The notes under the pieces were generated by a model. It was not told where the DNA came from and searched no databases. It saw only the letters and a program-made list of their open reading frames with translations. Made by a program: the position numbers and the translations under genes. This document shows, in pieces, positions 8,523 through 18,472 of a DNA stretch of 64,000 nt (positions within the stretch are counted from its first letter, which is position 1; every line of letters begins with the position of its first letter). Origin of the DNA: Archaeoglobi archaeon JdFR-42 (lineage in GTDB: Archaea; Halobacteriota; Archaeoglobi; Archaeoglobales; JdFR-42); the NCBI GenBank assembly GCA_002010305.1, contig MTND01000027.1, forward strand, positions 50,514 through 114,513, read 5' to 3'.

Positions 8523-9311
8523 TTATCCCCGCCTGAAAACCAATCCTCCGTAGCCGACGACACTGGTTTTATCAGCTACCTCTCCACTGGTGGTATAATC
8601 CACGAGTTCAGCTATGGCCCCAAGCTTGTTGGATATATGCATGACAGTGGCAATGGGTCCATAACCACACACTGTTGCCTGTCTCTCATACAGGCGCTTA
8701 TAAAATAAGTTGAGATCTAAAGATTGAATCGCCTCAATAATATGCCTGTCTATGGTTTGGGCCATATCCTCAGGAAGGTAATGTGACATATCACTAGATG
8801 CGATAATAGTCACCAGTTTCCCGGTTGTCTTTGAAGCTTCGAGAATCTCATCCCCAACATCTTTCGCAGTTTCAACATCCTGCATTGCCATACATATCGG
8901 TACGATATTTATCTCTCCAAACAGATACTGTAAAAAAGGGAGCTGAACTTCAATGGAATGTTCGTATCTGTGGGCAATCTCATCAGTATCTATGATCTTT
9001 TTTGGCAATGCCTCTACGAAATCACGATCAACCCTTGCGGTACCCAAAGGAGTTTCCCAGTCCTCAGAAGAAACCGCTACACCAGAACCATATCCGGTAT
9101 GATTGGGGCCTATAATAACAAATACATCAGAAGGAGGTACAAGGGAGTATACCTTTCCTGCTGTTTTACCTGAGTAAATATACCCTGCATGAGGGGAGAC
9201 CGCTCCAATCACTTTTTCGTCGGGAGAATGGTCTACATACTTACCAATAATTTCTTTTAACGATTTAGGGTCCGATGAATAAAACTGTCCCGCAACAACA
9301 GCCTTTCTCAT
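8523..9311 (-). CDS. MEMO1-family / AmmeMemoRadiSam system protein B
   Basis: AVVAGQFY, VSPHAGYIYSG, IIGPNHTG and EHSIEVQLPFLQ are signature Memo-like blocks. Confidence 0.8.
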   Translation of the reverse strand: MRKAVVAGQFYSSDPKSLKEIIGKYVDHSPDEKVIGAVSPHAGYIYSGKTAGKVYSLVPPSDVFVIIGPNHTGYGSGVAVSSEDWETPLGTARVDRDFVEALPKKIIDTDEIAHRYEHSIEVQLPFLQYLFGEINIVPICMAMQDVETAKDVGDEILEASKTTGKLVTIIASSDMSHYLPEDMAQTIDRHIIEAIQSLDLNLFYKRLYERQATVCGYGPIATVMHISNKLGAIAELVDYTTSGEVADKTSVVGYGGLVFRRG

Positions 9312-9320
9312 CTCATCCTC

Positions 9321-9935
9321 CTACAGATCGGCCTCAAAGTCTTCAACAGTGTATGGAAATTCATCTTTACCCATCTCTTTTAATGTTTGTTTGGTTAATA
9401 ACCAATATATGAGGGCTAAAGCCTTTCTACCCTTGTTGTTGGTAGGAATGACCAGATCTACATCAGAGATGGAGTTATTTGTATCGCATAGAGCTATGAC
9501 AGGGATTCCAACGTTTGACGCCTCAGTCACCGCTTGGGTATCGATGGCAGGGTCTGTTACTAGGACTATGTCGGGTTCCATATAATTCTTAAGGGCCGGA
9601 TTTGTCAGAGTGCCAGGGATAAATCTGTCAACTACTGCACTAGCTCCAATGGCTCTTGCAAACATTTTTGCAGGTTTCTGACCATATTGTCTCGCACTAA
9701 CAGCTAAAATTCTGTCGGGGGGATACTTGGAAAGCATTTTTGCTGCCATTCTAATCCGTTCATCAGTCTTTTGTATGTCAAGTACGTATAACCCATCGTT
9801 TCTGACTCTGTAGATGAACTTCTTCATCTCTCTAGTTTTAATCTGGGTTCCTATGTGCACACCAGATGCTAGATACTCATCTGCAGGAATAAGGTATTCG
9901 TAATCCGATTCCCGAACATTTTCATATTTTTTCAT
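9321..9935 (-). CDS. rps2: 30S ribosomal protein S2
   Basis: [39 protein letters not shown]. Confidence 0.95.
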   Translation of the reverse strand: MKKYENVRESDYEYLIPADEYLASGVHIGTQIKTREMKKFIYRVRNDGLYVLDIQKTDERIRMAAKMLSKYPPDRILAVSARQYGQKPAKMFARAIGASAVVDRFIPGTLTNPALKNYMEPDIVLVTDPAIDTQAVTEASNVGIPVIALCDTNNSISDVDLVIPTNNKGRKALALIYWLLTKQTLKEMGKDEFPYTVEDFEADL

Positions 9936-9945
9936 TTCATCACCT

Positions 9946-11145
9946 TTATATGTGGATCATCCTTGGGTGATCAAGATATTCCTCGATCCGGATCAATTCA
10001 TTGAGTTTAGCAATCCTTTCGCCTCCAACTACACCTGTTTTTATTAAAACTGCATTAAATGCGACACTCAAATGCGCGATGGTATCATCGGTGGTCTCTC
10101 CGGATCTATGAGAGACTATGATTTTGTAGTCGTTCTCCTTTGCCAAAGAAATGGCTTTAAATGTATCCGTGAGAGTGCCGATTTGATTGGGTTTTATGAG
10201 GACTGAATTGGCAGCACCCATTTCTATACCTTTCTTTATTCTCTTCACATTTGTTACAAATAGATCATCACCACAAACCATACACTTTACTCGTTTGTTT
10301 AGCTCAACAAACCCTTCGAAATCATCTTCATGGAAAGGATCCTCGATATATAGCAGTTCATATTTCTCAGCAAGATTGGTTATATGTTCGATCTGTTCTT
10401 CTGGGGTTAATTTTTTGTCCCGATACACGTATTCAGATCCGTTCCAGAGACTGGAAGCTGCTATGTCCACACCAATCCGTACATCCACTCCTGTTGACTC
10501 TACCACCTGATCTATAGCTTCAGAAAGTAATTCAAAGGCCAATTCATCATTTATACTTGCTGCCCAGGCTCCCTCATCCCCCTTTCCGGCAAAAATACCT
10601 TTTTTCTTAAATATGTTTTTCAGTTCTTGATGAACTGCCGAGTTTATTTGTACTGCTTCAAAAAAAGATTCTGCTCCCACAGGGATAATCAGGAATTCCT
10701 GAATATCTGTAGAGTCCATGGCATGAGCACCACCCCCGATCACGTTACCTAGTGGGTATGGTAGTTGATTTGCATATATGCCTCCAAGGTAAGTAAACAG
10801 TGGTAATCCAAAACCATCAGCAGCAGCCTTTGCAACTGCCAGAGATGTAGCAATAGCGAAATTACCCCCTATATTTGAAAAGTTATCAGTTCCATCGAGG
10901 TTTCTGAGAACTTCGTCTATGGTGATCTGATCCGAAACATCCATTCCAATCAGTTCATCTCGAATTTTTTTTCCTATTTCGGGTAGATTGGAGACATCAA
11001 CAACAACGGCTTCATCTTTCCCAACACTGGCTCCACTGGGGGCCATTGCAGATCCATAACTGCTTGTGGTGAAAATCTCGGCTTCTACGGTCTTATTTCC
11101 TCTGCTATCAAATACAACTCTGAATTGCACATCTTCGATAATCAC
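9946..11145 (-). CDS. eno: Enolase (short archaeal form)
   Basis: [31 protein letters not shown]. Confidence 0.9.
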   Translation of the reverse strand: MIIEDVQFRVVFDSRGNKTVEAEIFTTSSYGSAMAPSGASVGKDEAVVVDVSNLPEIGKKIRDELIGMDVSDQITIDEVLRNLDGTDNFSNIGGNFAIATSLAVAKAAADGFGLPLFTYLGGIYANQLPYPLGNVIGGGAHAMDSTDIQEFLIIPVGAESFFEAVQINSAVHQELKNIFKKKGIFAGKGDEGAWAASINDELAFELLSEAIDQVVESTGVDVRIGVDIAASSLWNGSEYVYRDKKLTPEEQIEHITNLAEKYELLYIEDPFHEDDFEGFVELNKRVKCMVCGDDLFVTNVKRIKKGIEMGAANSVLIKPNQIGTLTDTFKAISLAKENDYKIIVSHRSGETTDDTIAHLSVAFNAVLIKTGVVGGERIAKLNELIRIEEYLDHPRMIHI

Positions 11146-11153
11146 ACAACCAC

Positions 11154-11408
11154 CTATAACAATCCCTTATCTTCCAACCAGATGAACCTATCTCTTCTTC
11201 TTCTAACTGTTATGGGTATAACCCCTTTATTAAATTCTTCCATGGCAATTTCAATGGGGTTTGTTCTGTCTGTTTTAATAAGAACAGGTGCCCCCATGGC
11301 TATCTGGAGGGCTCTTGCTCCTATAATGCGTGCTTTCTCGAACCGGGTGTATCCGGTTGGAAAACTTTTACTACTTTTTCTGGATTTATCGTCGGTTTTT
11401 ATCTCCAA
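11154..11408 (-). CDS. rpoK: DNA-directed RNA polymerase subunit K (Rpo6); start uncertain
   Basis: [23 protein letters not shown] core. The track ORF N-terminus (to 11477) overlaps tRNA-Pro, so the true start must be downstream. A TTG at 11408 is preceded by GAGGTGGT. Confidence 0.75.
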   Translation of the reverse strand: MEIKTDDKSRKSSKSFPTGYTRFEKARIIGARALQIAMGAPVLIKTDRTNPIEIAMEEFNKGVIPITVRRRRDRFIWLEDKGLL

Positions 11409-11427
11409 ACAACCACCTCGGTTCAAA

Positions 11428-11504
11428 TGGTGGGGTCGCTGAGATTTGAACTCAGGTCTCGGCGCCCCGAACGCCAAAGGATATCCAGGCTACCCCACGA
11501 CCCC
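11428..11504 (-). tRNA. tRNA-Pro (anticodon CGG), CCA encoded
   Basis: Folds by hand into a cloverleaf. Acceptor GGGGUCG/CGACCCC, D-loop with GG, anticodon stem UGGCG/CGCCG, loop UUCGGGG (U33, CGG, G37), T-arm CUGAG-UUCAAAU-CUCAG, discriminator A plus CCA. Confidence 0.9.
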
Positions 11505-11510
11505 ACCTTA

Positions 11511-11690
11511 TCAGTCAACCAGCTCTCCAAAGACCTCTTTATGAGTGAGAAACATACGCCTACAGCAGTACCTTTCAATTTCAAGGTCGTCTAGAACTTT
11601 ACCGGGAGGTTCTTCTCGAATACGTTGCTGATACTCCTCCCAATACTGTCCAATAACTTTTCCACAAGTGAAGCATCGTACGGGAAACAT
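11511..11690 (-). CDS. rpoN: DNA-directed RNA polymerase subunit N (Rpo10)
   Basis: MFPVRCFTCGKVIG...RYCCRRM zinc-binding pattern. The ATG at 11690 sits just after the rps9 stop; the track start at 11738 would overlap rps9. Confidence 0.9.
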   Translation of the reverse strand: MFPVRCFTCGKVIGQYWEEYQQRIREEPPGKVLDDLEIERYCCRRMFLTHKEVFGELVD

Positions 11691-11694
11691 AGCT

Positions 11695-12093
11695 TCACCT
11701 GTAGGACTTCTGTCTCCTCTTCCTTGCGCCACGACCACCGACTTTCTTGCTCTCCTTTCTTCTGCTATCGTTCACCAGCAAAGTTCTGTCATATTTCACG
11801 TATGCGTCCCTGAGTTCATGATCATCAGACCATTTAACGAGTCCCCTGGCTATGGCTGTACGTGCTGCCTCAGCCTGTCCTATAATCCCCCCACCTTCCA
11901 CATGAACCTCTATATCCACTTTTGATGCTATATCCTTTGCAATTACAAGAGGCTCCATTATCTTAATTCTTGCAAATTCTGGTTGAATCAGCTCAACAGG
12001 TCTTTTATTTACTCTAATTCGCCCTTTTCCATTTCGTATGGTAGCCCTTGCAACGGCAGTTTTACGTTTACCGCTGGTATTGACAATCTTCAT
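11695..12093 (-). CDS. rps9: 30S ribosomal protein S9
   Basis: [28 protein letters not shown]-terminal KSYR. Confidence 0.95.
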   Translation of the reverse strand: MKIVNTSGKRKTAVARATIRNGKGRIRVNKRPVELIQPEFARIKIMEPLVIAKDIASKVDIEVHVEGGGIIGQAEAARTAIARGLVKWSDDHELRDAYVKYDRTLLVNDSRRKESKKVGGRGARKRRQKSYR

Positions 12094-12557
12094 ACTTTCA
12101 CCTCGTATCCAAGGAACCTACTAACTTCAAGTAAGGAAACAGCTTTCCCGGATTTCACCCTATTCTCGAATAAGGCTTCTCCGATTTTTATATGGTCTCT
12201 GTCAGCAACTTCTGCTGGGATACCAATAAAAGCTCTAAAGTTACTGAGAGCTTCTCTCCCTTTAACGGTTTTATGTGGTAACATACCCCTGACAGTCCTT
12301 TTCAGGATTCTTTCCGGGTGTTTTGGAAAATGAGGTCCATAATCCTTAGAGCCCTTATCATGTTTAATTTTATATCTCCTGAATATCTCTTCTTGATCTC
12401 CGCTGATCAGAACTTTCTCTGCGTTAACTACTACTATTTTTTCACCGTTTAGAAGACGCTTTGCAATGATACTGGCCAATCTGCCAAGAACATGCCCCTC
12501 CCCATCAATAACTATAAAATCATCACCCAGTAAACTAAGAGACCGTTTGACATTCAT
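12090..12557 (-). CDS. rpl13: 50S ribosomal protein L13
   Basis: [29 protein letters not shown]. Confidence 0.9.
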   Translation of the reverse strand: MNVKRSLSLLGDDFIVIDGEGHVLGRLASIIAKRLLNGEKIVVVNAEKVLISGDQEEIFRRYKIKHDKGSKDYGPHFPKHPERILKRTVRGMLPHKTVKGREALSNFRAFIGIPAEVADRDHIKIGEALFENRVKSGKAVSLLEVSRFLGYEVKV

Positions 12558-12561
12558 AAGA

Positions 12562-12933
12562 TCACTCCATTATTATGATACCTGATCCATCAGGGTTGGA
12601 TTCCAGTAGTTCACCAATACTTATAGCTTTCCCTCCAGCCCTTATGATTTTCTCCCTTGCTTTCGCCGAGAAATTAAAGGCGGCTACCGTGACTGGTCTA
12701 TCAATCTTCCCTGCAGCAAGCACCTTACCCGGTACTATAACAACATTTCCTCCATATCTCTGGATTTTACTAACGTTGATCTCAGCCATTTTTCTAGTAG
12801 GCCGTAATAGTTTTCGAGCAACATCCTTCCACAGAGGTGCATTATTATCTCTTGCTGCTTTAAGCAGTGTGTCTGCCAATTTTTTTATTTCTGGATTCGT
12901 CTTTCTTTCAATGTACTTCTGTAACTTTGCCAC
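12562..12933 (-). CDS. rpl18e: 50S ribosomal protein L18e (GTG start at 12933 preferred over track start 12999)
   Basis: RKTNPEIKKL..., RPTRKMAEINVSKI, VIVPGKVLAAG. The GTG at 12933 is preceded by GGGGTGA at SD-like spacing. Confidence 0.85.
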   Translation of the reverse strand: MAKLQKYIERKTNPEIKKLADTLLKAARDNNAPLWKDVARKLLRPTRKMAEINVSKIQRYGGNVVIVPGKVLAAGKIDRPVTVAAFNFSAKAREKIIRAGGKAISIGELLESNPDGSGIIIME

Positions 12934-13266
12934 CGAGTCACCCCGCTTCTGTATTCCTACTGTCAACCGATATTTAAATTTAACTGTAAGTATCAACATA
13001 ATTAAAAAACTGTAAACATGTATGTTACACCACCCATAATGTAAACTGATAAATTATAGCTCTTGGTTTGCTATATGTTTTCAAATGAACTGGAAACACC
13101 AGAATCTTCATGTCAATATATACAGTTTTGGTAGGATCTTATCAATTGCCAACCTGTTTGAAATGGAATTGTGCGCATAGAATATCTGAAAATGTTATCT
13201 GAATTATTCACTTTTTGGAGAAAAAATTATATAGGAGTAAATCCAAAAACTAAATGTTTCATTTTC

Positions 13267-13322
13267 GGGGCAGAAGGCATTGCATCCATCCCCTCCGATG
13301 TCCCATGCCCCCTTTTCTTTTT
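13267..13322 (+). other. Isolated GC-rich stem-loop followed by T-tracts (candidate small RNA or attenuator)
   Basis: GGGGCA (13267-72) pairs with TGCCCC (13306-11). There is an inner GCAUC/GAUGU helix, followed by CTTTTCTTTTT. A TATA-like AATTATATA lies about 35 nt upstream. Confidence 0.3.
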
Positions 13323-13384
13323 ATTATTGATAAAAGATTTTCTTGAGATGAGATTATCTAATTCGACTTTGTTATTATTGGGCA

Positions 13385-14407
13385 ATGTTTATCTACCATT
13401 CTATGGATAGTATACTTAAAATGTCTATGGTGAAAGTACAGGAACTCACTAAAGTGTTTAACGGACTAGAAGCAGTTAAGAAAATCTCGTTTACAATAGA
13501 AGAGGGTGAGATTTTTGGGTTACTCGGTCCAAATGGAGCTGGAAAAACTACCACTATATCTATCCTATCTACACTATTATCTCCGACCTATGGAACTGCT
13601 TGGATTAATGGTCATAATGTGATCACAGATCCCGATGGAGTAAGGAAGTCTATAGGGGTTGTGTTTCAAGACCCGAGCCTTGATGATGAGCTAACCGCTT
13701 ATGAGAATATGGATTTTCACGGAAGGATGTACAGACTTCCACGATCAGAACGTAAAAAAAAGATAGAAGAGATGCTTACACTGGTTGACTTGTGGAACCG
13801 AAAAGACGATCTTGTTAAAACTTTTTCAGGTGGAATGAAAAGAAGACTTGAGCTCGCCAGAGGTCTTCTTCACTCTCCTAAGGTGTTATTCTTGGATGAA
13901 CCCACTCTCGGTCTCGATCCTCAAACTCGTCGTCATATATGGGAGTATATTGAAAGGCTCAACCGGGATGTTGGAATTACGATAATCCTCACAACCCACT
14001 ACATGGAAGAGGCTGACAAATTGTGCGATAGAGTTGCGATTATGGATGCAGACAAGATAATCGCCATGGATACTCCGGAAAACTTAAAAAATCTAATTAG
14101 AGGCGATCTTGTAATTGTTAAAGGTAACAACGCAGGTAAGTTGAAGTTAATTTCAGAGACAATTGAATGGGTTAGGTTTATCGGCGCTCATGATGGGATG
14201 GTTACCTTTAGTGTTGATGAAGCGGAAAAAAGAATTGCAAACCTGATCATAATGGCTCATGAAGCTGGAGTTCAGGTAGATAGTATTCAGATCAGACGGG
14301 CAACTCTTGAGGATGTATTTCTCCATTTTACAGGTAGAAATCTGAGAGCAGAAAAGAGTAATGGGATAGAAAAAATGAGAATGGCATGGAGAGCTATGAG
14401 GAGATAA
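13385..14407 (+). CDS. ABC transporter ATP-binding protein (ABC-2/DrrA-like); true start probably 13421 or 13427
   Basis: Walker A GPNGAGKTT, signature FSGGMKRRL, Walker B VLFLDEPT. Confidence 0.9.
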   Translation: MFIYHSMDSILKMSMVKVQELTKVFNGLEAVKKISFTIEEGEIFGLLGPNGAGKTTTISILSTLLSPTYGTAWINGHNVITDPDGVRKSIGVVFQDPSLDDELTAYENMDFHGRMYRLPRSERKKKIEEMLTLVDLWNRKDDLVKTFSGGMKRRLELARGLLHSPKVLFLDEPTLGLDPQTRRHIWEYIERLNRDVGITIILTTHYMEEADKLCDRVAIMDADKIIAMDTPENLKNLIRGDLVIVKGNNAGKLKLISETIEWVRFIGAHDGMVTFSVDEAEKRIANLIIMAHEAGVQVDSIQIRRATLEDVFLHFTGRNLRAEKSNGIEKMRMAWRAMRR

Positions 14408-14409
14408 AT

Positions 14410-15156
14410 ATGGAAGTAGTGTATACATTGTGGCTCCGAAGTATAAAACGATATGTACGATCAAAAAGCCGGCTTATCGGGAGCTTGGGCATGCCATTCT
14501 TTTTTCTAGCTATCTTGGGAATGGGATTAAATTCTCTTTTCACTGTGCCTGGATATGGAAAAGGGTATATGGCATTCATAACTCCAGGGGTTGTGGCAAT
14601 GACCATTTTATTCACATCCATGTTTTCTGGAATCCAAGTAGTGTGGGATAAGAGATTCGGATTTCTTAAAGAGACTCTGGTGGCCCCAGTGAAGAGAACA
14701 GAAATAATGCTAGGGCAGACTTTTGGAGGTGCGACTGTAGCTTTAATTCAGGGATTGCTAATTCTCAGTTTATCCTATTTCCTTGGGGTACACTTCTCTC
14801 TTATGAGTTTTCTCATTGCTTTGCCTTATATGGTATTGACAGGAATCTCTTTTACGGCATTAGGGATTGCTTTTGCATCTCAGATGGAGGATATGCATGG
14901 ATTTCAGCTCATAATCAATTTTATCGTATTTCCTGTATTCTTCCTCTCAGGAGCGTTGTTCCCTCTTGAGGGACTGCCTTCTTGGTTAAGAAACCTTGCT
15001 CTTGCTGATCCCCTTACCTATGGAGTAGAGGGTATGAGATTCGGTCTTTTGGGGGTTTCTCAAATCTCTCCGGTTACCAGTATTGTAGTCTTGACATCTT
15101 TTTCCTTTGCTACCGTCTTGGTTGGTGGTTTTCTATTCAGCAGAATCAGACTTTGA
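14410..15156 (+). CDS. ABC-2 type transporter permease
   Basis: Six predicted hydrophobic spans. The ATG at 14410 follows AGGAG and the upstream stop by 3 nt. Confidence 0.8.
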   Translation: MEVVYTLWLRSIKRYVRSKSRLIGSLGMPFFFLAILGMGLNSLFTVPGYGKGYMAFITPGVVAMTILFTSMFSGIQVVWDKRFGFLKETLVAPVKRTEIMLGQTFGGATVALIQGLLILSLSYFLGVHFSLMSFLIALPYMVLTGISFTALGIAFASQMEDMHGFQLIINFIVFPVFFLSGALFPLEGLPSWLRNLALADPLTYGVEGMRFGLLGVSQISPVTSIVVLTSFSFATVLVGGFLFSRIRL

Positions 15157-15207
15157 TTCGACATAGATCCATAAAGTTTATATAAGATTCAACCTTTTTA
15201 TGGCATC

Positions 15208-15552
15208 ATGGCCAAATTTACGTTGGTATTAACAAGCTCTCCTTACAACAGTCAGAACGCCTATAATGCCCTCAGATTCATTCTAGCATCCTTAGCAGAG
15301 GATCATGTGGTCAGGTTGTTCCTCCTTGGTGATGGAGTCTATCTCGCTCAGAAAGATCAGAAAGGCCAGACGTATCAGCTTGAAAAAATGCTGAGAGAGT
15401 GTATTGAGTTTGGATGTAACGTCATGGCATGTGGGGTATGCTGTGATGAGAGGGGTGTAACTCTTGAAAATATGGTAGAGAACGTGAAAATCGCTTCTAT
15501 GACTGATCTGGTAGGATGGGTAACTGATTCAGATAGCGTTCTGAATTTTTAA
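15208..15552 (+). CDS. DsrE/DsrF-like family protein (second paralog)
   Basis: FTLVLTSSPY, FLLGDGV, VMACGVCC; same architecture as 2426-2746. Confidence 0.5.
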   Translation: MAKFTLVLTSSPYNSQNAYNALRFILASLAEDHVVRLFLLGDGVYLAQKDQKGQTYQLEKMLRECIEFGCNVMACGVCCDERGVTLENMVENVKIASMTDLVGWVTDSDSVLNF

Positions 15553-15795
15553 TTCAATGTTTTATAAAAACGGATTATTGAATGACCAACTCTCTTGTTT
15601 TTATTATAACAATACTTAGTAAGAAAAATACTTTATCGAAATTTTTCTGGATCAATTCTAATTAATGAGACTAGGCACATAATTCGAGATTGATGAGTAA
15701 AAGAGGTGTACAGGCTCTAAATAAACAATAAATCATTGTGGATTATCGAAACCTTTATTAACAATAGTGATTAATTGGTTATCGACGGTGATGGT

Positions 15796-17184
15796 ATGTT
15801 TAAGAAGAAGACCTTTGAAGACGGTACAAAAGTGTTTTTGAATCCAGACGAGATGCCTACTGAATGGTACAACATTCTGCCAGATCTACCTCGACCGCTG
15901 GATCCACCGATAAATCCCCAGACCAAGGAACCCATCAGTCCAAGTGACCTTGAGCCGATCTTCCCGAAATCTCTCATAGGTCAGGAGGTATCAGACCAGC
16001 GATGGATCAAGATTCCTGAGGAAGTCCTTGAAGTGTATAGATTGTGGAGACCAACTCCGTTATACAGAGCTAAAAGGCTGGAAAAGATGCTGGGTACACC
16101 TGCAAAGATATACTACAAGTGGGAAGGAGTTAGCCCTCCAGGCAGCCATAAACCCAATACCGCTGTTGCACAGGCCTATTATAATATGGTAGATGGCACA
16201 GAAAGGTTAACAACAGAAACAGGAGCAGGACAATGGGGAAGCGCTTTGAGTTTTGGATGTGCCTTTTTTGATTTACAGTGTACAGTATATATGGTGAAAA
16301 TCAGTTATCAGCAGAAACCATATCGGAGGTTATTGATGGAGACATGGGGTGCCGAAGTAATACCAAGTCCCTCAGATAAGACTCAGTCCGGGAAGAAAAT
16401 ACTTGAAGAGGATCCAGATTCTCCTGGAAGCCTTGGTATAGCCATTAGTGAAGCTGTAGAAGATGCGGCCACTCATGACAATGCTCATTACTCTCTTGGA
16501 AGCGTGCTTAACCATGTAATGCTGCATCAGACCATTATCGGACTGGAAGCTAAGAAACAATTTGAGGCAATAGGAGAATATCCAGATATTGTCATAGGCT
16601 GTGTTGGTGGAGGTAGCAATTTTGCAGGGACAGCTTATCCTTTTGTTTACGACAAGCTGAAAGGTAAATCCGATGTCAGGATTATTGCGGCAGAGCCAAC
16701 TGCTTGCCCTACGCTCACTAAAGGGATTTACGCCTATGATTTCGGGGATACGGTAGGTCTTACACCCTTATTGAAGATGTACACCCTTGGTCATGATTTT
16801 GTTCCGGCACCTATCCACGCTGGAGGTCTCAGATATCATGGTGATGCACCAACTCTCTGTCTCCTCTACGATGAGGGTATCATTGAGGCAAAAGCGGTTC
16901 CACAGAATCCTACATTTGATGCTGGTGTCATGTTTGCACGAGCAGAAGGCTTCATTCCAGCACCTGAAACCAACCATGCTATACGAGTTGCCATTGATGA
17001 AGCACTGAAATGCAAGGAGACTGGAGAAGAAAAAGTGATACTGTTCAACAACAGTGGTCATGGTCACTTTGATCTTAGGGCGTATGAGGGTTACTTCGCT
17101 AAGAAACTGGAAGACTACGAGTATCCAGTAGAGAAGATCAAAGAGTCCTTGGAGAAACTCAAAGCGATGGGATTTAACCATTAA
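15796..17184 (+). CDS. TrpB2-type tryptophan synthase beta-like PLP enzyme
   Basis: [14 protein letters not shown]-terminus typical of TrpB2, HKPNTA (PLP Lys), [11 protein letters not shown]. No other trp genes nearby. Confidence 0.8.
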   Translation: MFKKKTFEDGTKVFLNPDEMPTEWYNILPDLPRPLDPPINPQTKEPISPSDLEPIFPKSLIGQEVSDQRWIKIPEEVLEVYRLWRPTPLYRAKRLEKMLGTPAKIYYKWEGVSPPGSHKPNTAVAQAYYNMVDGTERLTTETGAGQWGSALSFGCAFFDLQCTVYMVKISYQQKPYRRLLMETWGAEVIPSPSDKTQSGKKILEEDPDSPGSLGIAISEAVEDAATHDNAHYSLGSVLNHVMLHQTIIGLEAKKQFEAIGEYPDIVIGCVGGGSNFAGTAYPFVYDKLKGKSDVRIIAAEPTACPTLTKGIYAYDFGDTVGLTPLLKMYTLGHDFVPAPIHAGGLRYHGDAPTLCLLYDEGIIEAKAVPQNPTFDAGVMFARAEGFIPAPETNHAIRVAIDEALKCKETGEEKVILFNNSGHGHFDLRAYEGYFAKKLEDYEYPVEKIKESLEKLKAMGFNH

Positions 17185-17185
17185 A

Positions 17186-17204
17186 TTTTTCCTTTTTCTT
17201 TTTT
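17186..17204 (+). terminator. T-rich tract after trpB2
   Basis: TTTTTCCTTTTTCTTTTTT begins 2 nt after the stop. Confidence 0.4.
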
Positions 17205-17297
17205 GGTTTAATTAGTTAATTAAAAATCAAGTCGTTGGTTAGCAATTCATTTCTCTGTTAGAATGGCTCTAAATTTTAAAAAAGAAAATGGGTCTGA

Positions 17298-18461
17298 TTA
17301 TCTGAGCTCGTCCCACCGTCCTCTGCCTCCACCACCTCTCTGTATCAGAACCAGAATCAAGACTATCACTACGACTATCACTCCAATACCAACCCCTCCA
17401 ATTAGAAGCATAAGTTTTCTCTGTTTGGCCGCTTCTTCCTGCAATCGCTTTTGTTCCTCTTCTTTCTTCTTTTCCTCTTCTTGTTTTTTCTTGATTATGT
17501 CGTCTCTGAGTTTTATTGCTTCAGCTTTTATGGTATCAGAACCACTTATCGCTTTCTCAGCAAGCTCCTTTGCCTTGTTGTAATTACCTGCATCATACTG
17601 CTCTTGTGCATCGTCCACTTTGGATTTTATATCGTCCAGCAAGAATTTAAGAGTGGTTATAGAAGCACCTTCCCGTTCTGCCTCTAAAAGGGCTGTAGTG
17701 GCACTTTGAATTGACTCATCCGCTTTATCTATGGCATATTTTGCCATTGCTTTTTCAGCCTCTGTTGTCGCCTCACTTACTTTGTTTTCAGCCTCTTCAA
17801 TTTTTTGACTGGCAATGTCATAATCTCCAGCTTTTTTTGCGTTTACAGCCTCTTCTCTGAGATCCTTGGCCTCTTTAATGACCTCTTCAGCTTTTGTCAC
17901 ATCTGCACCATAATCTTTAGCGCCATCTATAACGATCTCAGCATTTGCAATATCGTCATCTAGGTTTGATATTTTGCTATCAAACAGTCCTGGATTAACA
18001 GCCTTAACGATTATGGGGTCAAGGAGATCTTCCTGACTATCTATCACGAATTTGACTAGTGTTATATTCTTAGTAAAAGACGCTACTGCAGGGACTTTCC
18101 CTGTCAATGTGAACTCAATACTTGAAATCCCATCATTAGTGTACCCAATTTCATCTGACAAAAAGCTTTCACTACTCTCGATAGGTCTTGAACCTCCTAT
18201 CTCTAGATTAATAGAGCCCACCCACTGGGCATTTTCCAGATCGGTAATGAAAGTAATAGGAGTTTTCCGTTTAGCGAGAACAGATGGCGGATCGGGATAT
18301 ATTGTCACTTTAACCTGTACAGTCTCACCTTCCTGATAAAAATCCTTAGATGGTATCAAAATAGTGGTCACTTTAAAATCATCAGCTTTCAGTCCATTTA
18401 CTGGAAGGACAGAAAGCAACAAAATTAACAGCAAAATACCTGTTCTAACTCTCATTTCCAT
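17298..18461 (-). CDS. Signal-peptide, coiled-coil, C-terminally TM-anchored envelope protein (unknown family)
   Basis: N-terminal RTGILLLILLLSVLPVNG, then a beta-rich ~150 aa region. Helical repeats follow with recurring AGDYD.A / AGNYNKA motifs, then a KE-rich stalk, the TM LMLLIGGVGIGVIVVVIVLILVLI and the tail QRGGGGRGRWDELR. Confidence 0.6.
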   Translation of the reverse strand: MEMRVRTGILLLILLLSVLPVNGLKADDFKVTTILIPSKDFYQEGETVQVKVTIYPDPPSVLAKRKTPITFITDLENAQWVGSINLEIGGSRPIESSESFLSDEIGYTNDGISSIEFTLTGKVPAVASFTKNITLVKFVIDSQEDLLDPIIVKAVNPGLFDSKISNLDDDIANAEIVIDGAKDYGADVTKAEEVIKEAKDLREEAVNAKKAGDYDIASQKIEEAENKVSEATTEAEKAMAKYAIDKADESIQSATTALLEAEREGASITTLKFLLDDIKSKVDDAQEQYDAGNYNKAKELAEKAISGSDTIKAEAIKLRDDIIKKKQEEEKKKEEEQKRLQEEAAKQRKLMLLIGGVGIGVIVVVIVLILVLIQRGGGGRGRWDELR

Positions 18462-18472
18462 CCCCTCCTCCT

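Noticed and set aside
11409-11477. N-terminal part of track ORF 11154..11477
   Set aside because: It overlaps the tRNA-Pro gene, so it cannot be coding for RpoK.
13171-13410. 79-aa ORF in the rpl18e/ABC spacer
   Set aside because: There is no SD, and the composition is odd, spanning the GC-rich hairpin and T-tracts. It is more likely non-coding.
15690-15760. TGATGA (C-box-like) sequence suggesting a C/D box sRNA upstream of trpB2
   Set aside because: No CTGA D box or C'/D' pair lies at appropriate spacing downstream.
17207-17226. AT-only palindrome TTTAATTAGTTAATTAAA in the trpB2 3' spacer
   Set aside because: It is a pure A/T palindrome in AT-rich DNA, single copy, and not distinguishable from chance.
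17400-17520. Repetitive ttcttc/gaagaa DNA that looks like a tandem repeat
   Set aside because: It is the coding sequence of the Lys/Glu-rich stalk (KKKQEEEKKKEEEQKR) of the envelope protein. This is low-complexity coding DNA, not a structured repeat or CRISPR.
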